NCBI RefSeq assembly: GCF_028641065.1
Contig: NC_073378.1
Coordinates: 76,508,001 to 76,572,000 of the forward strand
From: Leucoraja erinacea
Lineage: Eukaryota
Direction of reading: 5' to 3'
DNA: 64,000 bases
Below are positions 49,501 to 61,989 of the stretch, one piece after another. Numbering within the stretch: position 1 is the first letter of the stretch; every line of letters begins with the position of its first letter. The translations under genes and the position numbers were made by a program. The notes beneath the pieces are model-generated. The model worked only from the letters and a program-made list of their open reading frames with translations, was not told the DNA's origin and ran no database searches.

Positions 49501-52500
49501 GAACAGGAGCATTAGAACCCTACTACAGATTGTCCCTGGGAAAACCAAGGCATCGCAACTCACCAGAAATAGCTGGAGCTAACGACGATTGAGAACCCAG
49601 CTTTTTGCATTGTGATTGGATTCACCAGAAGGACAAAGCCAGAAGAAAGATGTCAAATACCCTGTTCAGCTCAGGGAGGACTGCTAGCAAGGCAGAATCT
49701 CCAGGAATTAGGCATCTATTTGACTGAAGATGGACCCATCACCAATATAACACTGAACACAAGAAAATACCAGTGATGCCGAGGAGGAAAAGACCCATCC
49801 AGGACAAAACAGGAGAGCATGAGCATCATAACTGAAGCTGCTTGTTGGTGGGAAACACAAGCACAGATGTTAAATAGATCAAGGTGTGACCTCCAAGAAA
49901 GGATTTGGCAGCTGAAGACGGGCCCACGGTGGGTGCCGGAGGTTGGACTTGCCCTGTGGTGGGTACCCTGAAAGAAGATGTAGAAGAGGAGCAAGTGGCA
50001 AAGAGTTTTGACAAATTACCCAATTTCGTCACCCAAGTGAGACGGATAAAGAGAGTGAGCTGGGCCCTCAGGGAGCGAGGAAGACGGGCAGAGCTGTCCA
50101 AGCGAGGACTCGACAGCTGAAGACGGGCCCTCGGTGGGTTCCGGAGGTCACAGAGAAGACGAAGAGGAGCAGGTGCCAATGGTAGTTACGTCACATTCAG
50201 AAAGCAACACATGAAATCCAAGGGATCTCTGGTAATGAAGCCAATCTTTGCACAGGACAGAACCCACACGCGTCAACACTGGACAAAATGAGGAACATAC
50301 CTGGGAGGAACAGGAGCATTAGAACCCTACTACAGATTGTCGCTGGGAAAACCAAGGCATCGAAACTTATCAGAAGTAGCTGGAGCTAACGATGATTGAG
50401 AACCCAGGTATTTGCATTGTCATTGGATTCACCAGAAGGGCAAAGTCAAAGGAAAGATGTCAAATACCCTGACCAGCTCGGGGAGGACTCTGCTAGCAAG
50501 GCAGAATCTCCAGGAATGATGCATCTTTTTGACTGAAGATGGACCCATCACCAATATAACACTGAACACAAGAAAATACCAGTGATGCCGAGGAGGGAAA
50601 GACCCATCCAGGACCAAACAGGAGAGCATGAGCATCAAAACTGAAGCTGCTTGTTGGTGGGAAACACAAGCACAGATGTTAAATAGATCAAGGTGTGACC
50701 TCCATGAGAGGATTTGGCAGCTGAAGACGGGCACGCGGTGGGTACCGGAAAGAAGATGAAGAAGACGAGCAAATGGCAAAGATACTTATGACAAATTACC
50801 CAATTTCGTCACCCAAGCGACACTGATAAAGAGAGTGAGCTGGGCCTCAGGGGGAGAGGAAGACGGATGGAGCCGTCCCATCGAGGACTCGACAGCTGAA
50901 GACGGGCCCTCCGTGGGTTCCGGAGGTCAAAGAAAAGACGAAGAGGAGCAGCTGCCAATGGTAGTTACGTCAAATGCAGAAAGCAACACATGAAATCCAA
51001 GGGATCTCGGGTAAAGAAGCGTATCTTTGTCACAGGACAGAACCCACGCCCAAGTCAACACTGGACAAAATGAGGAACATACCTGGGAGGAACAGGAGCA
51101 TCAGAACCCTACTACAGATTGTCTCTGGGAAAACCAAGGCATCGCAACTCACCAGAAATAGCTGGAGCTAATGACGATTGAGAACCCAGCTTTTTGCATT
51201 GTGATTTGATTCACCAGAAGGACAAAGCCAGAAGAAAGATGTCAAATACCCTGACCAGCTCGGGGAGAACTCTGCTAGCAAGGCAGAATCTCCAGGAATT
51301 AGGCATCTATTTGAGTGAAGATGGACCCATCACCAATTTAACACTGAACACAAGAAAATACCAGTGACGACATGGAGGAAAAGACCCATCCAGGACCAAA
51401 CAGGAGAGCATGAGCATCATAACTGAAGCTGCTTGTTGGTGGGAAACACAAGCGAAGATATTAAAGAGATCAAAGTGTGCCCTCCAAGAAAGGATTTGGC
51501 AGCTGAAGACGGGCCCACGGTGGGTGCCGGAGGTTGGACTTGCCCCGTGCTGGGTACCCTGAAAGAAGATGTAGAAGAGGAGCAAGTGGCAAAAAGTTTT
51601 GACAAATTACCCAATTTCGTCACCCAAGTGAGACGGATAAAGAGAGTGAGCTGCGCCCTCAGGGAGCGAGGAAGACGGGCAGAGCTGTCCAAGTGAGGAC
51701 TCGACAGCTGAAGACGGGCCCTCGGTGGATTCCGGAGGTCACAGAGAAGTCGAAGAGGAGCAAGTGCCAATGGTAGTTACGTCACATTCAGAAAGCAACA
51801 CATGAAAACCAAGGGATCTCTGGTAATGAAGCCTATCTTTGCACAGGACAGAACCCACACGCGTCAACACTGGACAAAATGAGGAACATACCTGGGAGGA
51901 ACAGGAGCATTAGAACCCTACTACAGATTGTCGCTGGGAAAACCAAGGCATCGCAACTTACCAGAAGTAGCTGGAGCTAACGATGATTGAGAACCAAGGT
52001 ATTTGCATTGTCATTGGATTCACCAGAAGGGCAAAGCCAGAGGAAAGATGTCAAATACCCTGACCAGCTCGGGGAGGACTCTGCTAGCAAGGCAGAATCT
52101 CCAGGAATTATGCATCTTTTTGACTGAAGATGGACCCATCACCAATATAACACTGAACACAAGAAAATACCAGTGATGACGAGGAGGAAAAGACCCATCC
52201 AGGACCAAACAGGAGAGCATGAGCATCAAAACTGAAGCTGCTTGTTGGTGGGAAACACAAGCGAAGATGTTAAAGAGATCAAGGTGTGCCCTCCAAGAGA
52301 GGATTTGGCAGCTGGAGACGGGCACGCGGTGGGTGTCGGACGTTGGACGAAGACGGGCCCGCGGTGGGTACCGGAGGTCGGACGAAGACGGGCCCGCGGT
52401 GGGTACTGGAGGTCGGAGAGAAGATGAAGAGGAGCAAGTGCCATTGGTTGTTATGACAAATGACAGAATGATGTCAAACAGCCTGACCAACTCAGAGAGG

Positions 52501-52530
52501 ATTCTGCTGGCAAGATAGAATCTCTGTAAA
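43510..52530. repeat. ~0.8 kb A/B monomer array, U4 (about 11 monomers, contains a Rex1 insertion)
   Basis: Markers at ~44310, 44943, 45755, 46353, 47165, 47973, 49355, 50160, 50940, 51750, 52425. Confidence 0.93.
48579..49352 (-). mobile_element. 5'-truncated Rex1/Babar-type LINE, same insertion as 31143-31927
   Basis: ORF 49032-49460(-) has the same RT C-terminal peptide and the same junctions. Confidence 0.92.
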
Positions 52531-53170
52531 TTACGTATCTTTTTACCAAAGAACAGAGTCCTCACCAATTCAACCGGTCAAAAGAAAGCGCATGCTAAGC
52601 AATAACAAATAAAGAAATTGTTATATTGGCAACTATCATTGTTCTGAAGAAGGTTTCAGCCCGAAATGTTGCCTATTTCCTTAATTTTGAAGCATGCATG
52701 TAGTTCAGACCAGTATTTGATCTTTTGGATCATGCCATCATTTATTAGTAATAGTATTGTGACAATGTAAGGCGCTGGAATAGGCATTTGAACCTTCTTC
52801 AATAAGTGGCAGAAGCTGGTTGATGCATCCCTGTGGCCGAACTCTGGTTTGGAGCTACGGAGCCCTCAAGAGTGGACCTGGCAACGATTGACTTTGGCCT
52901 GGTGGTTTGCAAGGAGGTTGGGTCAGCAGTCGGCAAGAAGGTTGAGCCGGCAGTCGAAGTGGAGTAAGGGGTTGGAGGTGTGTGCCGGAGGTCGGACGCT
53001 TCGCCGAGAACAAAGGAGTATCTGGCGTAGGGGGACTGCCAAGAGGGAAAACCAAAGAAGACGTGCCGTGGAGAACGAAGGAGGACCCCGCGTGGGAGAA
53101 CCGCCGAGAACTAAGGGGGACTGTCGACATCTGGTATCTCCAGACCTCAGCCAACTGCTGCCTCAACCAA

Positions 53171-53478
53171 GGGCGGAACGGTGGTGCAGCGTAGAGTTGC
53201 TGCCTTACAGCACCAGAGACCCGGGTTTGATCCTGACTACGGGTGCTCTCAATGGAATTTGTTCGTTCTCCCCGTGACCTGTGTCGGTTTTCTCAGATCT
53301 TTAGCTAAGTCCCACACTCAAGGTGTACAGGTTTGTAGGTTAATTGGGTAGGATAACAATGATAAATTGCTCCTACTGTGCGTGATAGTGATAGTGTTAA
53401 TGTGCGGGTATCGCTGTACGGTATAGACTCGGTGAGCCGAAGGGCCTGTTTTTGCACTGTATCTCTAAACTAAACTAA
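53171..53478 (+). mobile_element. V-SINE, U4 copy
   Basis: Near-identical to 11580-11887. Confidence 0.88.
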
Positions 53479-54709
53479 TTCACTGATTTTCTTGTGCCCT
53501 TGCCTCTGTCTCTGTCTCCGATTTCACCAACGGATACGGAGGACCTCCACTCCCAGTAACCTTCCTCCTCAACCATCCTTCTATGCTGTCTTGGGCAAGC
53601 ACAAGCCACCTGTCGTCTATGTAAGTGTTAACATTTACATTCAATTAAAAAAATGTTTAATTTAGATGCCTTTACTGTTGATTTTGTTTTTAAACTTTTT
53701 TCTTTATTAAAGATTGATGGAACCACGCTCTAAGATCTTGGCTATCATGGACTTTCTGTGGACCAACGAGCATAACCTGGTCAATCTGCACACTGCCAGT
53801 TGCCGTCTTGCCCGAGGAGATCCAGAGCATCTGCAGTTCCCTCGCTCATTCCAACAAAGCCTCTGGTAAGAGCAACCAAAAGGAGTAATTTATTCCTCAC
53901 TGACAGTCTTTTAAAAATCACCAGAAAAAAATGTATTCCTCAAGCCTGCCATTTACATTTATTTTGTCTGGATATCCTATTTCTTTATTTGTAGTGCTTC
54001 GTAACAAAAGATGCAAGGTTCGGGCTGGTGGTTGAGATTCAGGCTGGGTGTCGGCATCATACAACTGAACACAACATGGTTTGTGCGAAACAATTGTACA
54101 CAAGCTGACATTTTCTTGAAGATCTCAATTACATAAATGCAAGTTGCAGGCATCAAAGCTCTTTATTTTTCAGCTGGCCCCAATCATTAAATGTCAAGAA
54201 ACTGTACACAGTGATTTAGAGCCACGGAAATCTGCAGATGCTGGAATCTTGATCAAAAAAACAAAATGTGTTGCTCAATGGGTCAGCCAACATTGTGGGT
54301 TGTGACCCATCTTCAGTCTGTTAGTCTAGCACTAGCAGGGGATATTAGAGGTAAATTTGAACAGAAAATGGCAAATGTTGGAAATTAAAAAAAACAAAAT
54401 GTTGGAAAATTCAGTCCATCAGGAAACATAGCTGAAGAGAGAAACATCATAATGAATGTTGATTAAAGAACAATCCGTAATCTTTTAAGATGTCTTTCAT
54501 GAAATCTGTTGCTTCAGTAGATTTGTGCTCAATGAACGCATCTTTATGAACCGAACTGTGTTTTTTAACTGGCTGCATCTGATATTTTATTTGAGTAAGA
54601 CCAGACCAGAAATTCCTTCATTTTGTACATCTTTTTGTTACTAGATGGTATCCTTCCATAGCAATAATCTTTAACGTTTATAATTGTGCACCAGCTAACA
54701 ATACTTTCT

Positions 54710-55068
54710 AAAGTCATGCAGCACAGAAATAGGCCCTTTGGCCCAACTTAACCCTGTCAACCAAGATGACCCATCTAAACTAGTCTCATTACTTGCGTTT
54801 GGTTCATATCCCTCTAAATCTTTTCTATCCATGTATTTTTGAACTATTGGCATTGCCCATCAAATACTTTCCCTGGCAGCTCGTTCTTTATACCATCCAC
54901 TCTCTAGGTGGAAAAACATGCCCCTCAGTTCCCTATTACTTTTTCCCCTCTCACCTACAACCTATGGTTTAAAAGATATGTGGACAGGTACATGCATTGG
55001 AAAGGTTTGGAGGGATATGGGCTAAATGCAAGCAAATTGGACTAATTTAGATGGGGCATCTTGGTCAT
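54710..55068. mobile_element. Two CR1 LINE 3'-end fragments in inverted orientation
   Basis: aataggccctttggccc...catatccctctaaa (minus) and aggtacatg...gagggatatgg...ggggcatcttggtc (plus), typical CR1 3' UTR. Confidence 0.7.
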
Positions 55069-55536
55069 ATTTTTTTCGAAGCTTATCAAGAGAATTTTTT
55101 ATGTTATGCTGACAATGTTTGTTTAGGGTCTGAGGTCAAATATGACTGGTCACGTGTGTGACCTCACACGGAAACATTTTTTTCATCACTCGGTTTTATC
55201 TTACAAACACTGAATTTTAAAAGGCTAGAATGTTCATATCTTTAGCAGACGTGCATTATAGTTCTGTAGGTAGGAAAATAGCAATGAATAAGAATAATTT
55301 CCAACCAACATCATTGAGACTATTGGACTTTTTCTCAGAAATGATTATGCTACAATGTTGAGAAATTGTATGCTGCACTATGCATGTTTCTCCTCTCTTA
55401 CACTAATTTTTTTATGTATTACTTTGTGATGCCATCTGATCACATGTGTGACATTTTTGGTTCACTTTCCAAAGAATGTCCCATAAACTATTCTATCTTT
55501 TACAGCTGGGTTCGATCCAGAGTATGAGGCACTGCC

Positions 55537-55767
55537 CTAACCATTAGAGATGGATGCCATGTTGAAATCAACCAAGTTTTCAGAAATAAATGGATGGATC
55601 CTGCTTATTGCTCCCTCCAGCAAGATGGTGGTGGTATGCTTCATCTGCCAGATCACCACAACAGCAGTCTGCAGTACCATCGGGCAGCTCAATATGATGA
55701 TGGTAGCCGGAATCACCAGTACAATGATCCAGACTTCCAATTTGTACATTGACATAATTGAAACCGT
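55537..55767 (-). other. Possible exon or pseudo-exon encoding a hydrophobic transmembrane-like segment
   Basis: Open frame MYKLEVWIIVLVIPATIIILSCPMVLQTAVVVIWQMKH... in non-repetitive sequence; splice sites weak; no family recognised. Confidence 0.22.
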
Positions 55768-55837
55768 CTTATTGGGTTAAAGCACAGAATGGATTTAGAT
55801 GAAGGAAATAATATGAGCCACTGAATTCCATCATCAC

Positions 55838-56452
55838 CAAAAAAGCATACCATTGTTTCTACTTCCTCAGAAGACAAGGATATTTGACATTAATTTAAAG
55901 ACTCTTACCAACTTCTGCAGCTGAACTGTAAAAAACGTACTGCCGGGTTGTATCACAGCTTGGTTTGGGAACAGCTTTGTCCAAGACCACAAGAAATTGC
56001 AGAGTTGTGGATCACTCCAGCACACAGACCAGACTTCCCACCATTGACTACATCTACACTTCACTCCCTTGGGAAAATACCCAACATAATCAAAGACCTT
56101 TTCCACATTTGTCATTTCCCCTTTTCCCTGTTTCCACCACAAAGTGGATATAAAAGCTTGAAAGACTCAGGAACAGCTTCTTCCCGTTATTTGAATTCTG
56201 AATGGTTCTTCCAGAAGCTAGGATACATTACCTAATTTCCAACCAACATCATTGAGACTATTGGACTTTTTCTCAGAAATGATTATGCTACAATGTTGAG
56301 AAATTGTATGCTGCACTATGCATGTTTCTCCTCTCTCTACCTATTGTGCTTGTGTATGGCTTGATTGTATTTATGTACAGTATTACCTGATTTAATTGCA
56401 TAGCATGCAAACAAAATATTTTCACTGTATCTCAGTGCACACAACAATAAAG
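55838..56452 (+). mobile_element. Old Rex1/Babar LINE 3' fragment
   Basis: Degenerate KKAYHCFYFLRR...TLTNFC...GCITAWFGNS...QDHKKLQ reading; 3' UTR ends acaataaa. Confidence 0.78.
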
Positions 56453-57289
56453 CAATTTAAACTTGTTTTGTGTGCCACAGTAGATTACTTCACATTGCCA
56501 TATTATATTCCTTCTGTTATGTTCTGGCACACGCACTCAGCTTGTTTCTATCCCTTTAAAACCTCTTTACATCCTTCTCACTGCTCAAACATTTCCCAAG
56601 TTTTGTATCATCAGTGAAATTGGAAATGTGATATTTGGCTTCCTCATCCAACTAGTTGAAGAAGACTGAATAATCAGGGTTCCTGTGTTACTCACCTATC
56701 TATTCCCAATCCTTGGTTTCTGCCTGTCAGCCAATTCTCAATAGCCAGCAGTATACTACACTAATCACATACATTCTGAAGTTCTAAATGTACCACTGCC
56801 TTTGTCCATTTAGCCAACCATGTCCTCAAATATCTTCAAAAAAATTAACCATGCACTTTTCTGGATTAAACTCCATTAACTATTGCTCAGACCATTTGCC
56901 CAACTGATTTAGATCCTCCTCTAATTTTTGATAACAATCTTCACTGTCTATGACATATTAGAGTCATCTGTAAACTCTCAGTCCCAAAAGGCCACTCCAT
57001 TACAACTTGCCTTCATTTATTGCCTGCTTAATTAATCCATTTTGATCACTTTAGCAAGTCGACTGCTGCCTTGAAATTCCTTGGGAAAGCAGTCAACATT
57101 TGTACAGTTTCATTCCATAACTTGTAATCCAATTCAATTTGCGATTCATTGTCTAGTTCATCAGGCACCACCTCCACCTCCCAAAATATTTGAGGAGATT
57201 GGGCCATTGTTTTGTGATAAATGGGGAATATTTAGAAATGCTATCAACATCTTTGAAACTGCACATTATTAGTCTGAGGTTATGACTGT

Positions 57290-57530
57290 CGTAAGGAATA
57301 GGAGTAGAATGAGGCTGTTCAGCCCATCAAGTATACTCCGACATTCAATCATGGCTGATCTATCTCCCTCCTAACCCCATTTTGCCTTCTCCCCATAACC
57401 TCTGACACCTATACTAATCAAGAATCTATCTTATCTGCCTTAAAAATATCCACTCACAGCCTCCATAGCCTTCTGGGGCAAAGAATTCCACAGATTCACC
57501 ACCGTCTGACTAAAGAAAGTTCTCATCTTC
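57290..57530 (-). mobile_element. CR1 3' fragment
   Basis: taggagtagaatgaggc...aatcatggctgatctatct...caaagaattccacagattcaccacc. Confidence 0.75.
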
Positions 57531-57545
57531 CTAAAAAATGTACAT

Positions 57546-57733
57546 TAGTTTTTAGTTTAGTTTAGAGATACAGCGTGGAAACAGGCCCTTCGGCCCTCCG
57601 GGTCTGTGCCGACCAGCGATCCCCGCACATTAACACTAGGGACAATTTTTATGTTTACCAAGCCAATTATCTTACAAACCTGTACGTCTTTGGAGTGTGG
57701 GAGGAAACTGAAGATCTCAGAGAAAACCCAGAT
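57546..57733 (-). mobile_element. V-SINE 3' half
   Basis: tttagtttagagatacagcgtggaaacaggcccttcggccc...gtgtgggaggaaac. Confidence 0.8.
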
Positions 57734-57977
57734 GGTAGAATGGTGGATTAAAAAAAATCCAGCTTTACCTTATTCAGGGCTGCATTCTATTCTCCAGTGT
57801 TGGCCCAGCTGTTTTCTTTCTCACACTCTGCTCCTCTTCAGAGAGGTGCCCTGCCTATGAGCAACTTTAGAGCAGAGATGTAAGTGGATGTGGGCTGCCT
57901 GGGCATGGTTTTACTGACAGCTTATCCTCCCATGCATTTTACTTATTTCAGAAGAAACCATTTGCATCAGACGCAAC

Positions 57978-58200
57978 CTTTGAATCTCTGGAATTCTCTC
58001 CCGCAGAAGGTAGTTGAGGCCAGTTCATTGACTATATTAAAGAGGGAGTTAGATGTGGCCCTTGTGGCTAAAGGGATCAGGGGGTATGGAGAGAAGGCAG
58101 GTACAGGATACTGAGTTGGATGATCAGCCATGATCATATTGAATGGCGGTGCAGGCTCGAAGGGCCGAATGGCCTACTCCTGCACCTATTTTCTATGTTT
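57978..58200 (+). mobile_element. CR1 3' fragment
   Basis: NLWNSLPQKVVEASSLTILKRELD peptide followed by ggctcgaagggccgaatggcctactcctgc. Confidence 0.82.
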
Positions 58201-58209
58201 ACAACCATC

Positions 58210-58420
58210 ATGTGTGGGAAGGAACTGCAGATGCCAGTTTAAACTGAAGATCGACACAAAAAGCTCGAGTAACTCAGCGGGTCAGACATCACTGGAGAAA
58301 AGGAATTACTGACGTTTCTAACGTTTCAGATCGAGACCCTACTTCAGACAGCCATCAGTTAGAGCATTGAGCACAGACTTTATTGTGTAGGAAAGAACTG
58401 CAGATGTTGGTTTAAATATC
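58210..58420. mobile_element. Penelope-like terminal fragments
   Basis: ggaaggaactgcagatg...gagtaactcagcgggtcag...gagaccctacttcagac, plus a second partial copy at ~58385. Confidence 0.6.
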
Positions 58421-58552
58421 TAGGGAAATGTTCTGCCAGAGCCAGTACAAACACAATAGGCCGAATGGCCTCTTTCTCTCCAGCTACATTTCTTTGAATC
58501 TATATGTGTCCTTCATTTCCCTTTTAATCACCTCTTTCCCCTCCCCCTCCCA

Positions 58553-58830
58553 CAGGGTGGCATGGTGGCACAGTGGTACAGTTGTTGCCTTGCAGTGCCG
58601 AAGTCCTGGGTTAGATCCCGACTCTGGGTGTTGTCTGCACGGAGTTTGTGACTGTGTGGATTTTCTCTGAGATCTTCGTTTTTGGGATGTGGAAGTAAAC
58701 TGGAGGAGGCCTACACGGTCACACGGAGAACGTGCAAACTCCACATAGACAGCACACAAGGTCAGGATCGAACCTGGATCTTGTGCGCTGGTGAGATAGC
58801 ACCTCTACCAGCCGAGCCACTGTGCCTCCC
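58553..58830. mobile_element. Two inverted V-SINE 5' halves
   Basis: ggcatggtggcacagtggtacagttg (plus head) and ...ctctaccagccgagccactgtgcc (minus head). Confidence 0.7.
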
Positions 58831-59470
58831 AATGATCTTAGCAACCCAGTAACCTGACCCAACTCTACCCAGCCTCAACTCCACGTAAATCATTTTATTG
58901 GATTAGTCGAACACATTCCTAATTACCCTCCCACCTGCTACGGTATGGAAGAGCCACATCAATGATCCAAGTCTTCAATTGCCCTTGAAGTTTCTGCCTT
59001 TGTGATAAGCTGCTGATTATGAAAAGTGCCCCCATTGTTCCCGCTGCTTCTATCCTGCCCTGTGTATTATGATCAAGTGATTAGTTACTTCTAATGGGAG
59101 AGGATGTATATGCAATAGTACTATTAGCTCTGCTTCCATGGCTACTCATAGGTATTTCTGATGTAAACACTTCACCTTGTTCAGTTAGCACAATTATAAT
59201 CGCATTGATTTTCTTGATTGAATGGAATCAAGTAAATGGAATGGGAATGGATGTGGGAGGAGAGGTAAGTCTAAATATAACAATATAAACAGAAGTAACA
59301 TTTAGCTTCTCAAACTTTGTGCAAAACCATGTCTATGTCTTAGGTTCACCTTTCATCCAACGGCTGACATTTCCCCCCCACCCAAAAAATAAACTATATG
59401 CAGAAGAAAAAATATATACAAAACCAAAGACTGCAAAAACTCATGATCAGTGCCTATACATTGGATGGTG

Positions 59471-59605
59471 TCATAGAAACAAAGAAATAGGTGCAGGAGT
59501 AGGCCATTCAGCCCTTCGAGTCAGCACCACCATTCAATACGATCATGGCTGATCATCCTAAATCAGTTCCCCATTGCTGCATTCTCCCCATCTCCCTTGA
59601 TTCTG
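59471..59605 (-). mobile_element. CR1 3' fragment
   Basis: catagaaacaaagaaataggtgcaggagtaggccattcagcccttcgag. Confidence 0.8.
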
Positions 59606-60179
59606 TACTTTGATTCTCTTCATTCATACTTTGTAGTGTTCACACCTATCGTTAAACAAAATACCCTTGTGGCCGTGAGGGGATATCCCTGCCCTTGTTG
59701 AAGGGGGGTTTCCACTAGACTCTGCCCCTCAATGTTCAGCAGCGGAAGGATCTTAGACGGTGCTTCTCGAGTGTCAACCATCATTCTTTTCCCCAAAATA
59801 AGCATTATTCAGAATAATAAAGATATATACACAACACAAGAACAGTGCAAAAACTCTTCTGATATTCTCAGTGTTTATACATTTATTAGTGTTGTATAGG
59901 AGTGTTCACAAATTATCCTTATTCCACGCACCCTTGCCACTCATGTGGCTCCCTTCCCTTGTTTGAGGGGTGTCTCCACCAGGTGCTGCCTGCCATCTTA
60001 TTTAAAGAAGAAAAACACAAAATGCTGGAGTAACTCAGTGGACAGGCTCTCGAGAGAAGGAATGGGTGACGTTTTGGATCAAGACCCTTCTTCAGAGCTG
60101 CCATTTTATTTAACTTGTCCCACTTATTCCTTAAAGTTTGACTGTTGCTGCTGCAGCCCCTTCCCCTGGGGTGTGTTCA

Positions 60180-60575
60180 TAAGTGATAAGAGCAGAATTT
60201 GGCCATTCGGTCCATCATGCCTCGCGGGTTGACGGTCGATGAGAGCACGGAGGGCCGCCATGAGGGGAGGGAAGAACAATGGACAATGGGAGGGAGGGAG
60301 AACAAAGGACAATGGGGACCCGGTGCAGGGGGAATCGCTGTGGTGGAGAGGAACAAAAGGAGGAGCCGGCGTACTTTGTAACTGCCAGCTTCACAGGTGG
60401 CGGCTATTTGTATAAATTGGGTATTCAAACAAAAGAATTTCACTGCCTTGTCACATGTGACAATAAAATGTTCCATTCCGTTCCAAGTCTACTCTGCCAT
60501 TCAATTATGGCTGATCTATCTTTCCCATTTAACCACATTCTCCTGCCTTCTTCTCATAACCCCTTACACCCTGAC
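60180..60575. mobile_element. CR1 3' fragment (minus) interrupted by a GA-rich retroposon 3' piece (~60215-60484, plus)
   Basis: agcagaatttggccattcgg...|...aagtctactctgccattcaattatggctgatc; the insert ends gtgacaataaaatgttccattccgttcc. Confidence 0.55.
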
Positions 60576-60704
60576 ACCAGTTATGCCACAGGGGGTGGAA
60601 ACCAAGACCCCTCGATGACACCATGGCCTTTTACACTGTTTCGAAATGTTTATGATGAACACAGCCATGAATGTTTAAACAGCTGCAAACAAGTTGAAAA
60701 TAAA

Positions 60705-60945
60705 TGGACGGCCCAATGGCCCAATTGGTAGGATTGCTGCCAGTGCCTGGAATTCAGGTTCAATCCAGACTAAGGGTGCTGTCTGTACCGAGTTTGTACG
60801 TTCTCCCTGTGATCACATGAGTTTTATCCGGGTGCTCCAGTTTCCTCCCACATCCCAAACACGTGTAGGTTAATTCGCTTCTGTAAACTTTCCGTAGTGT
60901 GTAGGATAGAAATAGTGTACGGGTAGTACGAACTAGTGTGTGGTA
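60705..60945 (+). mobile_element. Degenerate V-SINE
   Basis: V-domain gttttatccgggtgctccagtttcctcccacatcccaaa. Confidence 0.75.
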
Positions 60946-61216
60946 CACATATTGGGGTAGACATTACACTTTTATATTATCTGACAAAATGGGTGATCCA
61001 ATAGGTAAGTTGTTTCGCCACACTTTTTGAAGCAGGAAGGTTGTGAAAAGGACTAGTGACTTGTTGCTGTGTCTATCAGGTGCGACTCAGGAGGGAGTGC
61101 CCTTGTTTGTGGGTTAAAAGACAACAGGTTTTCATCCGACTCCAGAAACTTGAGGTTGTACCGCACTGTCAGAGGAGCTGTTTCCTCATAAACAAGTTAT
61201 AGAAAATTATAGTATA

Positions 61217-61560
61217 CTAGACCAAGTGCAGACCCGTTGGGTCTGTTTTCCCAACGGCGTTTGCGGGGGGGGGGGGGGGGGGGGGGGTGCTGGCATCACA
61301 CTCACATTAACCTCCTCCCAAACACACAGGTGGGGGGAGGGGGGTGAGAAGACGGGAGAGGAGGAGGAGGAGAATGGGACAGATTTTGGAGGGAATGGAG
61401 TGCGGGGTGGGGAGGGGTGAGAGAGGGGGGATGGGGGGGGAGGGGAGAGTGGGGTGGGGGGGGGGGGAGGAGGGGGGGGGGGGGGATGAGGGGGAGGAGC
61501 AGGAAGGGGGCGGGTGGAGAGGGAAGGGGGGGGGGGAGAGAGGGGAAAGAGTCATATAGC
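61217..61560 (-). mobile_element. Probable non-autonomous Helitron 3' terminus followed by a G-rich tract
   Basis: Minus strand ...CAGACCC-AAC-GGGTCTG-cacttggt-CTAG|T: GC-rich hairpin 8 nt upstream of a terminal CTAG followed by host T. Confidence 0.55.
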
Positions 61561-61989
61561 CAATGAACTGGCCTCAACTAACTTCTGTGCCAGAGAATTC
61601 CAGAGATTCTTCACTCTCTGTGTGAAAAATGTTTTTCTCATCTCTAATAAATGATGGACAACCGCTTAAATGGGGCGAAAGGGGGTTAGGGGCCAGAAGT
61701 TTGGATATTAACACAAGGTCCTGTCTGACCTTGTGTGTAGGCATAACGGATCACGTGGCATGAATATCAGCAGACATTATCCCCCATTACTGGGGCCAAC
61801 ATTTATCTTACAATCCATACCACCAAATTTGATAGCTATTATCATATTGCTGTGAGCTTTCTGTGCACAAGGTACGTGTTTCTGAACAAACAGATGCAGA
61901 GGAATTTAACACTTCTGATAAGGTGAAACAGAATTACAAGCCCCTTTTCTGTGTTCATGATGTATACTTATAAAGTCCATGTATATGTG

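Larger units (their letters stand above)
1..54439. repeat. Tandem segmental array (macrosatellite) of ~13-17 kb units: U1 <1-12850, U2 12851-21940, U3 22041-37245, U4 37246-54439; two alternating subtypes (U1~U3, U2~U4)
   Basis: The same ordered blocks recur (cgctaaagagttggcg at 1, 13648, 38043; V-SINE at 11580, 35972, 53171). All copies share ...catagctgaagag, followed by ttatctccag at 12851 and 37246 but by unique sequence after 54439. Confidence 0.95.
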
